Positions 1 to 7,063 of a stretch of DNA of 64,000 nt are shown here, in pieces. Positions within the stretch are counted from its first letter, which is position 1, and every line of letters begins with the position of its first letter. The position numbers and the translations under genes were made by a program. The stretch spans positions 46,503 to 110,502 of the forward strand of contig CAVRVW010000007.1 of the NCBI GenBank assembly GCA_963724695.1, given 5' to 3'. The stretch comes from an uncultured Acidobacteriota bacterium. Its GTDB lineage: Bacteria > Acidobacteriota > Vicinamibacteria > Vicinamibacterales > CAVVIG01. A model generated the notes under the pieces. The model worked only from the letters and a program-made list of their open reading frames with translations, was not told the origin of the DNA and ran no database searches.

Positions 1-2
1 GG

Positions 3-185
3 ATCGCCGAGCTCAAGAGCAAGTCGATTCGCTACGACGCCGTCCTGACGAAGGACGGCGAGAACCTCGCCTTCGGATCGCTGACCATTGTCTGCGTCAC
101 GCGCAGGCCGGGCGAGCCGATGAAAGCGACGACGATTCCCGCCGACATCTCTTCAAGATTTAGGATTTGGGACTCAGGGACTTAG
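3..185 (+). CDS. hotdog-fold acyl-CoA thioesterase-like protein, C-terminal fragment (5' end outside window)
   Basis: The frame is open from the window edge to TAG 183-185. The tail IAELKSKSIRYDAVLTKDGENLAFGSLTIVCVTRRPGEPMKATTIPADI resembles the last strands of 4HBT/YbgC-type thioesterases, and third codon positions are G/C-rich. The last ~8 codons run into the word repeat at 161-232. Confidence 0.4.
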   Translation: MAELKSKSIRYDAVLTKDGENLAFGSLTIVCVTRRPGEPMKATTIPADISSRFRIWDSGT

Positions 186-232
186 GGATTGACCTCTCAG
201 TCCCTCAGTCCCTCAATCCTCAGTCCTCAATG
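161..232. repeat. imperfect inverted repeat built from short-period words (gggactcag / ctcagtccc)
   Basis: The left arm aggatttgggactcagggacttagggattga faces ctcagtccctcagtccctcaatcct. It lies between convergent genes. Confidence 0.6.
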
Positions 233-245
233 TGCTGCTCTCCTC

Positions 246-491
246 CTAATTCCCAATTCCGTTGGGCCTTTTGCCGGTGGCCCAGTAGAGCACCTGCGTG
301 TACTCCGGGTGCTCCCGGTAGAGGACGTCTTCGAGGATCTCGATCCGGCGTTCCAGGTCGTCGGTGTGCTGCTGGTTCCGCTCCCAGGCAACAGCGACGC
401 CGATGATGACCGCTCCGATGGCCGCGACCGTCGCGATGACCGACGAGACTTCTTTCAGCATGGCGAACTCCCCTGACAGAAGCTGGTGCAT
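246..491 (-). CDS. small membrane protein, hypothetical (one TM helix plus charged helical tail)
   Basis: 81-aa ORF with G/C-rich third positions. It has a hydrophobic stretch VSSVIATVAAIGAVIIGVAVAW followed by ERNQQHTDDLERRIEILEDVLYREHPEY. An alternative start is MLKEV at 461. Confidence 0.5.
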   Translation of the reverse strand: MHQLLSGEFAMLKEVSSVIATVAAIGAVIIGVAVAWERNQQHTDDLERRIEILEDVLYREHPEYTQVLYWATGKRPNGIGN

Positions 492-604
492 CCACCCGCC
501 CTGGCGTTACACGGAGGGCTGGAGGCTGGAGTCCACCGTCGCCCTTCCCGCAACCTAGAGAACGCCTTCACACGCGATTTTGAACAGCCACCCGCCTTCG
601 ATCA

Positions 605-1414
605 ATGATCGGCCCCATGGCGGGCATCAAAGTGTTCGTGAGCGTCGGCCGGACGTCGACACCGCAGCAGGAGGGATTTGTCAGCACCATCGAGGCGCAC
701 ATGATCGACCATGGGCTGACGCCGCAGTCGCTCGGTCGAAACTACTGGTCCAGCCAACAGCCGCTCAGGGCCATCGATGAGTTGATGAGCCAGTGTTCCG
801 GGGTCGCGATTGTCGGCTTCGAGCGCCTGCGCGTCGTACAGGCCATCGATCGCCGCGGAAGCGAGAATGAACGCGCGCTGGTGGACTTCGCCCTGCCCAC
901 CGTCTGGAATCAGATTGAGGCGGCGATGGCGTATGCCCGGGGCCTGCCGTTGCTGGTGCTGGTGCAGGAGGAACTTCGGACCGAAGGGCTCCTGGAGACG
1001 GGGTACGACTGGTACGTCAAACGGATGCGCTTGACCACGAGCGCCGTGTCCGACCGCGAGTTCTGCGGCATTTTCGACGACTGGCGCTCTCGGGTGGAAA
1101 GCCACCGCGCGAGCCACGAACCGGCTGCGCGGTCGGGCGAGCACACCGGGAGCTCGCCGACGAGCGTGGCCCAGGCCAAGCCGGAACCGGCACCCCCGCT
1201 CGACCGTCGTCAGCTGCGGAGGATCCTCGAGACCCGGTTCAATGACGACGAGCTGCGCGCCTTGTGCTTCGACCTGAGCGTCGACTACGAGAACCTGCCG
1301 GGGGCGACAAAAGCTGCGAAAGCGATCGAGATCATCACGTATTTCGAGCGCATGAACCAGGTGGGGTCGTTGATGCGCTCGGTCAAGGAGCTGCGTCCTG
1401 ACGAAGCGGTGTAG
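605..1414 (+). CDS. TIR-like (flavodoxin-fold nucleotide-processing) domain protein with C-terminal effector-associated domain (EAD)
   Basis: The N-terminal ~140 aa alternate beta/alpha elements (KVFVSVG, GVAIVGFER, PTVWNQIEAAMAYARGLPLLVLV), with the W-x3-E pattern seen in TIR / nucleoside 2-deoxyribosyltransferase-like folds. A Pro/Ser-rich linker follows. The C-terminal helical module is LRRILETRFNDDELRALCFDLSVDYENLPGATKAAKAIEIITYFERMNQVGSLMRSV. An alternative start is at 617. Confidence 0.65.
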   Translation: MIGPMAGIKVFVSVGRTSTPQQEGFVSTIEAHMIDHGLTPQSLGRNYWSSQQPLRAIDELMSQCSGVAIVGFERLRVVQAIDRRGSENERALVDFALPTVWNQIEAAMAYARGLPLLVLVQEELRTEGLLETGYDWYVKRMRLTTSAVSDREFCGIFDDWRSRVESHRASHEPAARSGEHTGSSPTSVAQAKPEPAPPLDRRQLRRILETRFNDDELRALCFDLSVDYENLPGATKAAKAIEIITYFERMNQVGSLMRSVKELRPDEAV

Positions 1415-1438
1415 ACACCCGCGTCGGACCGACATTAG

Positions 1439-1993
1439 ATGACCAGCGACAACCGGCAGCTCGAGACGCTCTACCAGGCATTGTTGTCCGCCTTTCCCAC
1501 CGAGGGCGAGCTGGAGCGGATGCTTCGCTTCGGCATGGCCGTGAACCTCCCGGAAATCGCCTCCGGCAACCTGTCGAATCAGGTGTTCGCGGTCGTCAGG
1601 TTCGCGGAGGCGCGAGGGCTCCTCCCGACCCTTGTCGAGAGCGCGCTTGCCGCAAGCCCGAACAACGCCGCACTTCGGGCGCTGCCCGACTATCGCACCC
1701 TGGCCCCCGGCACGCCGGTCGCCTCGTCACCGCGACCGGCAATGAGCGTCGACCCAGTCGCGCTCCGCAATGCGATTCAGCGAGCCTACGGACTGGAAGA
1801 ATTGCAGCTGCTCTGCGCAGACATCCAGGAGCGCTGCCTGGCGCGCGGGCATGACATCCGGCTGTCGATCGACGACCTCGGGGGCACGACCAAGCCGGTC
1901 AAGGTGCTGAACCTCATCGAGTTTCTCGCCAGGCGGCGCCTGCTGGACGTGCTCGTCGAAACTGTGCGTGAACAGCGGCCGGGAAGCCTCTGA
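1439..1993 (+). CDS. adaptor-like protein made of two tandem effector-associated domains (EAD1-type plus an EAD matching the C-terminus of the upstream gene)
   Basis: The first module is LETLYQALLSAFPTEGELERMLRFGMAVNLPEIASGNLSNQVFAVVRFAEARGLLPTLVESALAASPNN (EAD1-like pattern). The second is LRNAIQRAYGLEELQLLCADIQ...LSIDDLGGTTKPVKVLNLIEFLARRRLLDVLVETV, the same pattern as the C-terminus of 605..1414. The gene starts 24 nt after the upstream stop. Confidence 0.65.
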   Translation: MTSDNRQLETLYQALLSAFPTEGELERMLRFGMAVNLPEIASGNLSNQVFAVVRFAEARGLLPTLVESALAASPNNAALRALPDYRTLAPGTPVASSPRPAMSVDPVALRNAIQRAYGLEELQLLCADIQERCLARGHDIRLSIDDLGGTTKPVKVLNLIEFLARRRLLDVLVETVREQRPGSL

Positions 1994-1994
1994 T

Positions 1995-2032
1995 ATTGCA
2001 AATTTGCAATCAGCAATTTGCAATCAGCAATT
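1995..2032. repeat. AT-richer palindrome/tandem repeat of tgcaat words between convergent genes
   Basis: attgcaaatttgcaat is a perfect 16-bp palindrome and is followed by cagcaatttgcaat cagcaatt. The repeat fills the whole gap between stop 1993 and stop 2036. Confidence 0.7.
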
Positions 2033-2035
2033 CTT

Positions 2036-3377
2036 CTAGGTGTATCTAACCGTGGTGTGTTCGGGCTTGAAGAAGCGCGGGAGGAGGCTGTCGACGCGCA
2101 GCAGACCCTGGCGGGTCAGCGCAAGGACTTCGCGGCCGGGCTGGAGCCAGCCTTCCTGCTCGAGCGAGGCGAGCGGCGCGCGGAAGCGGTCGACCACGTC
2201 GACGCCGTACTTGGCCTCGAAGTACGACGGCGTGACCCTCCCGAGCTTGAGCTGCAGCACGAACTCGCGGATGAGGCGCTCCTCCGCAGTCGGCCGGAGA
2301 CCGCGCGCCAGCGGGATGTGTCCCTGCTCGATGCTGGCGCAGTAGGCCTCGAACGAGTCGAGGTTCTGCATGTGCACGCCGTTGACGTGCCCGAACGACG
2401 CCACGCCGAGGCCGACCATGTCCGCGCCCTGCCAGAGCCTGTCGCGGTACACGAACTTGGTCGACGGGCTCTTCACCGCCGTGTAGGCCGACCCGATGTG
2501 ATACCCCGCGCGCTCGAGGGCCTCGAAGGCCTCTTCGACCCACCGGCGCTTCGTTGACCAGTTCGCCACGCCGCCATTCGCGCCTGGGCCGGGAACGCCC
2601 TCACCAGCATTCGGCGCCAGCAGGTTCTTGCTGATCGTCGTGTTGAACGGCAGCTCCATCTGGTAGATGGTGATGCTGTCCGGCGCCATGTCGATGGTCT
2701 TCCGAACGCACTCGCGCCAGTTGTCGTCGGTCTCGCCCAGCATGCCGGCGATGAGATCGATGTTGATCTGCGGAAACCCGAGCGTCTGCGCAAACGCGTA
2801 CGCCTTGCCGATCTCACCGGACCGGTGCGCGCGCCCGTTGGCCTCGAGGATCGCGTCGTCGAAGTTCTCGACGCCGAGGCTGAGACGCGTGACGCCGATG
2901 TTCCGGATGGAGGCGAGCTTGTGTTCGGTCAGCGTGCCTGGCTCGCACTCGAAGGTGATCTCTTCGGCCTGCCGCCAGGTGCTGACCGCATCCATGCGCG
3001 ACACGAGGCTCTCGAGCTGCTTGGTGGAGATGTAGGACGGCGTGCCGCCACCGAAGTAGACGAAGTTCAGCGGCCGGCCGGCAATGGCCGCGCTGTTCCG
3101 CGTAGAGCTCCCACTCGCGCGCGAGCGTGTCGAGATATCCCTGCACCTCGGACGCGTTCTTGTCGGTGTAGACGCGGAAGTAGCAGAAGTGGCAGCGCTT
3201 CCGGCAGAACGGGATGTGCAGGTACAGCCCGAGCGGCGTGCCGGCCACCGGCGGAGACGCGAGCGCCGGCCGCGCGTCGGCCTCGACCGCTTCGGGTTTC
3301 CACACGGAGAACGGCGGATAGTTGGCGATGAAGTAGTTGCCGACTTCGGTGCGGTCCACGGCCGGGGAGGTGCTCAT
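2036..3377 (-). CDS. HemN/HemW-like radical SAM protein (coproporphyrinogen III oxidase family), one frame break near 3085
   Basis: ORF pieces 2814..3377 and 2036..3004. They carry the CxxxCxxC motif PFCRKRCHFCYF plus FECEPGTLTEHKLASIRNIGVTRLSLGVENFDD and QINIDLIAGMLGETDD. Removing one g in cagcgcggccattgcc restores AIAGRPLNFVYFGGGTPSYIS. Confidence 0.8.
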
Positions 3378-3386
3378 TCGGTTCCG

Positions 3387-3394
3387 ACTATACT
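3387..3394. promoter_or_regulatory. overlapping face-to-face -10-like boxes in a 27-bp divergent intergenic region
   Basis: TATACT (3389-3394, plus strand) lies 10 nt before ATG 3405. TATAGT (complement of 3387-3392) lies 9 nt before the minus-strand ATG at 3377. No Shine-Dalgarno sequence is present on either side, so both transcripts would be nearly leaderless. Confidence 0.3.
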
Positions 3395-3404
3395 AGCTTT
3401 CGCC

Positions 3405-4829
3405 ATGGTGCAGCTACCCGTCCTCCGCTGGGGCCAGCCGTACACGAGCATGGACATCGACGAGGTTCTGCACTTCAGAACCGGCGAGCCCATCGCGCGT
3501 GTCAGCCGTGCAAACGGCGGCCTTATTCAGCGCGACATCAAGAAAGCGCAGCGCGCGCGAGAAGCGCTCCGCGCGATCCCGGTCGAAGAGCTGATCGCCC
3601 GCGTCGGCAAGGCCGGCGAGCTCTACATGAACGCCGAGCTGCCGATGGGCGACGGGACGCAGTCGCCCGACGACTTCGCCCGGGCCCAGTCGGGAACCAC
3701 CGGCATCCCGGAGCACCTGTGCCGCGGGAACATGAAGAAGAACGGCTTCGTGCTGGCCGAGATGGGACGCATCCTCACCTCGCTGACGCGCGATCTCGAT
3801 CTCACCGTGCTCTCGCGCGGTTACGGCGAAGAACGCGGCGTGCCGATCAGCTACCAGGCCGAGAGCCCGGTGCTCGGGTTGGTCCTCCCGTCCAACTCGC
3901 CCGGAGTGCACACGCTGTGGCTGCCGGTCATCCCGATGCAAATCGGGCTGGTGCTCAAGCCCGGACCGCAGGAACCCTGGACGCCGTTCCGCATGGCGGA
4001 GGCCTTCTTCGCAGCCGGCATCCCGCGCGAGGCCATCTCCATCTATCCGGGAGAAGGCGATGTCGGCGCGGCCGTGCTCGAGGGCTGCGCGCGCAGCCTG
4101 ATCTTCGGCGGCACGCCCACGGTGGATCGGTACAAGGGCAACCCGCGCGTCCAGGCCCACGGCCCCGGCTTCTCGAAGATCCTGCTCGGAGACGACGTCG
4201 TCGACCAATGGGAGCAGTATCTGGACATCATGGTCAGCAGCGTGTTCGCCAACAGCGGCCGCGGCTGCATCAACTGCTCGGGGATCTGGGCGAGCCGCCA
4301 CGGCCGCGAGATCGCCGATGCCATCGCCAAGCGCATTGGCGGCGTCCGCCCGTTGCCGGTCGATCACCCGGAGTCGAGCCTCGCGGCCTTCACCGTGCCC
4401 GGCACCGCGGACGCGATCTCGCAGTCGATCGACGTGGACTGCCAGGCGCCGGGCGTGACCGAAGTGTCGACGAAGTACCGCCAGGGCGCCAGGGTCGTCA
4501 AGGAAGAACGCGCGGAGTACCTGCTGCCGACGGTGGTGCACTGCGATTCGCCGGATGCGGCCATCGCGAAGAAGGAGTACATGTTCCCGTTCGTCACGGT
4601 GGTCGACTGCCCCGAAGAGCAGATGCTCGGCAAGATCGGCTCCACGCTCGTGTGCAGCGCGATTACCGCCAAGCCCGAGTTCCAGCGCGCGCTGGTGGAC
4701 GCGGTGCACATCGATCGGCTCAACCTCGGCCCGGTGCCGACAATCCAGCTCAACTGGCTCCAGCCGCACGAGGGCAACATCGTGGAGTTCCTCTTCCGCG
4801 CCCGGGCCTTTCAGTCAGCGGCGGTGTAG
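3405..4829 (+). CDS. aldehyde dehydrogenase-superfamily protein (divergent member)
   Basis: 474-aa ORF (the track ORF 3084..4829 trimmed to ATG 3405). ALDH-like blocks are LVLPSNSPGVHTLW, IFGGTPTVDRY and FANSGRGCINCSG (catalytic-Cys region). The canonical ELGG block is replaced by HGPGFSK. Confidence 0.75.
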   Translation: MVQLPVLRWGQPYTSMDIDEVLHFRTGEPIARVSRANGGLIQRDIKKAQRAREALRAIPVEELIARVGKAGELYMNAELPMGDGTQSPDDFARAQSGTTGIPEHLCRGNMKKNGFVLAEMGRILTSLTRDLDLTVLSRGYGEERGVPISYQAESPVLGLVLPSNSPGVHTLWLPVIPMQIGLVLKPGPQEPWTPFRMAEAFFAAGIPREAISIYPGEGDVGAAVLEGCARSLIFGGTPTVDRYKGNPRVQAHGPGFSKILLGDDVVDQWEQYLDIMVSSVFANSGRGCINCSGIWASRHGREIADAIAKRIGGVRPLPVDHPESSLAAFTVPGTADAISQSIDVDCQAPGVTEVSTKYRQGARVVKEERAEYLLPTVVHCDSPDAAIAKKEYMFPFVTVVDCPEEQMLGKIGSTLVCSAITAKPEFQRALVDAVHIDRLNLGPVPTIQLNWLQPHEGNIVEFLFRARAFQSAAV

Positions 4830-4841
4830 CCGGAATACCAC

Positions 4842-6179
4842 GTGAGGATTCTCTCGCTGGCCGCCGGCGCCGCAGGCATGTATTGCGGCAGCTGCCTGCG
4901 CGACAACGCGCTCGCGGCCGAGCTCGTGGCGCGCGGCCACGAGGTGACGCTGGTCCCGCTGTACACACCGCTCCTCACCGACGAGCGGAACGTCACGCGG
5001 CCCGAGGTGCTCTTCGGCGGCATCAACGTCTACCTGCAGCACTACTCGTCGCTGTTCAGGCGGCTGCCGCCGGTCATCAGCAGGTGGCTCGACCGACCTG
5101 GCTTGATCAGTCTGTTCGCCGATCGAGCCGTCTCGACCGACGCGAAGCTGCTCGGCGACCTGACGGTGTCGATGCTCGAAGGACGCGACGGTGTCCTGCA
5201 CAAGGAGTTCGAGAAGCTCGTCGACTGGGTGCGCGCCGAGCCGGCCCCGGATGTCGTCAACCTGCCGAACTCCCTGCTCATCTCCCTGGCGCGGCCGCTC
5301 CGCGAAGCGCTCGGGCGACCGATCTGCTGCACGCTGTCAGGCGAGGAGCTGTTTCTCGGCAATCTCCACGAACCATATCGATCCAGGGCGCTTGCCCTCA
5401 TCCGGAAGCAGGCGGCCGAAGAAGTGTCGCGGTTCATCGCCGTCAGCGAGTACAGCGCGCGGTTCATGTCCGGGTACCTCGGAGTTCCGCGCGAGCGAAT
5501 CGCGGTCGTGCCGCTCGGCGTCAACGTGCACGAGTTCGACGGCAAGCGCCCGGCACGGCACGCCGATGATCCGTTCCGCGTGGGCTATTTCGCCCGCGTG
5601 GCTCCGGAGAAGGGGCTGCACGTCCTGGTCGACGCCTTCCTCCGGTTCCGCCGGAACGAACCCTCCGCCAGAGCGCGCCTCGACGTCGCCGGATACCTGG
5701 CAGCCGCCGACAAGCCGTACCTGGCCGCAGCCCAGGACCAGATCGCTCGCGCCGGCCTGTCCGCCGACTTCACCTACCACGGCATCGTCGATCGCGCACA
5801 AAAGATCGCGTTTCTCCAGAGCATCGACGTGCTGTCGGTGCCAGCGACCTACGACGAACCCAAGGGTTTGTTCCTCCTCGAGGCGCTCGCAAGCGGAACC
5901 GCGGTCCTGCAGCCGCGCCGTGGCTCGTTCACCGAGGTCGTCGAGAAGACCGGAGGAGGCCTCCTCGTTGCGCCCGACGACGCTGATGCCCTCGCGGCGG
6001 GCCTCGCGGGCCTCTGGCGCGACCGCGCGCTGACCGCGCGCCTCGGCCAACAGGGCCAGACAGGCGTTCGCGGGCACTACACCGTGCAACAGTCCGCGGC
6101 GCGCCTCGTCGCCACCTACTCCGATGTCATCGCCGGACGATCCGAGACCGCCGCCGCACCGCGCGTCGCCGCACATTGA
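4842..6179 (+). CDS. glycosyltransferase family 4 (GT-B fold)
   Basis: 445-aa ORF. The C-terminal GT-B nucleotide-sugar block is EPKGLFLLEALASGTAVLQPRRGSFTEVVE, and the N-terminus carries GMYCGSC. Confidence 0.8.
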   Translation: MRILSLAAGAAGMYCGSCLRDNALAAELVARGHEVTLVPLYTPLLTDERNVTRPEVLFGGINVYLQHYSSLFRRLPPVISRWLDRPGLISLFADRAVSTDAKLLGDLTVSMLEGRDGVLHKEFEKLVDWVRAEPAPDVVNLPNSLLISLARPLREALGRPICCTLSGEELFLGNLHEPYRSRALALIRKQAAEEVSRFIAVSEYSARFMSGYLGVPRERIAVVPLGVNVHEFDGKRPARHADDPFRVGYFARVAPEKGLHVLVDAFLRFRRNEPSARARLDVAGYLAAADKPYLAAAQDQIARAGLSADFTYHGIVDRAQKIAFLQSIDVLSVPATYDEPKGLFLLEALASGTAVLQPRRGSFTEVVEKTGGGLLVAPDDADALAAGLAGLWRDRALTARLGQQGQTGVRGHYTVQQSAARLVATYSDVIAGRSETAAAPRVAAH

Positions 6180-6898
6180 GCGTGCCAATGAACCCGCCCG
6201 CCCCGCCTGCCCCGCCTGCCCCATCTGCCCTTACCGTGAGCCACGTCAGCAAGAGCTATCCCACGGCTCGCGGTCCGCTGGCCGTGCTCGACGATGTGTC
6301 GCTGACGCTCGCCGCCGGGGACGCTGCGGCCATCATGGGACCGTCGGGAAGCGGCAAGAGCAGCCTGCTGTATCTCCTGGGCGCTCTCGAGCCGCCCTCG
6401 TCCGGCACGATCACGCTCAACGGCCAGAATCCGTTTGCGCTCGAAGGGCAGGCGCTGGCGCGATTCCGCAACGAACAGATCGGGTTCGTGTTCCAGGATC
6501 ACTGCCTCCTCCCGCAGCTGAGCGTGCTCGAGAACGTGCTGCTGCCGACGCTCGTCGCCAGGGGCGGCGCCGACGACACCGCCAGAGCGAAGGCGCTCGT
6601 CGAGCAGGTCGGGTTGACCGATCGCCTGGATCACCGGCCTGCGGCGCTCTCGGGCGGCGAGCGGCAGCGGGCCGCGATTGCACGCGCGCTTATCCGCCGG
6701 CCGCGGCTCCTGCTCTGCGACGAGCCAACGGGGAACCTCGACCGCGCGTCGGCCGAGAACGTCGCCGCAGCGCTGCTCGATCTTCACGGCCGGCAGCAGA
6801 CCATCCTGATCATCGTCACGCACAGCGCACAGCTCGCGGAGAAGTGCCCGATTCGGTTCGAGCTCGGCGACAGGAGGCTTCGCCGTGCTGGTGCTTAG
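6176..6898 (+). CDS. ABC transporter ATP-binding protein (LolD/MacB/YbbA-like)
   Basis: Walker A GPSGSGKSS, signature LSGGERQRAAIARAL and Walker B LLLCDEPT. The TTG start overlaps the GT stop by 4 nt. Confidence 0.9.
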   Translation: MSVPMNPPAPPAPPAPSALTVSHVSKSYPTARGPLAVLDDVSLTLAAGDAAAIMGPSGSGKSSLLYLLGALEPPSSGTITLNGQNPFALEGQALARFRNEQIGFVFQDHCLLPQLSVLENVLLPTLVARGGADDTARAKALVEQVGLTDRLDHRPAALSGGERQRAAIARALIRRPRLLLCDEPTGNLDRASAENVAAALLDLHGRQQTILIIVTHSAQLAEKCPIRFELGDRRLRRAGA

Positions 6899-7060
6899 TC
6901 CTTGGGGCTTGGTCCTTGGGCTGTCCCTGGACCTTGGCAGTCCTTCGTCCTTGGTGCGTGGACGGACTGGCGCGGTGAGCCGCTGGAACCAAGTGACAAA
7001 GTGCCAAGAACGCCAGGGACCAAGGCCCGCCCAAGGACCAGGGCCCAAGACCCAAGGACG
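6898..7060. repeat. long hairpin of tccttgg/ccaagga words
   Basis: The left arm tccttggggcttggtccttgggctgtccctggaccttgg faces ccagggaccaaggcccgcccaaggaccagggcccaagacccaagga. It belongs to the same family as 33423-33600. Confidence 0.8.
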
Positions 7061-7063
7061 ACG

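Noticed and set aside
3414-4769. Long antisense or out-of-frame ORFs such as 3414..4769(-), 3719..5569(+), 6116..7801(-), 20357..22294(+), 23161..25344(-), 25599..26768(-), 41774..43300(+) and 46773..47720(-)
   Set aside because: They are shadow ORFs typical of GC-rich DNA. Their translations are Arg/Ala/Gly/Pro-rich without recognisable motifs. Each overlaps a frame that carries clear family signatures and G/C-rich third positions.
6902-7063. Track start at 6902 for the ABC permease
   Set aside because: The first 54 codons are a translation of the tccttgg/ccaagga hairpin (MGLGPWAVPGPWQSFVLGAW...). The in-frame ATG at 7064 gives a normal N-terminus followed by the first TM helix.
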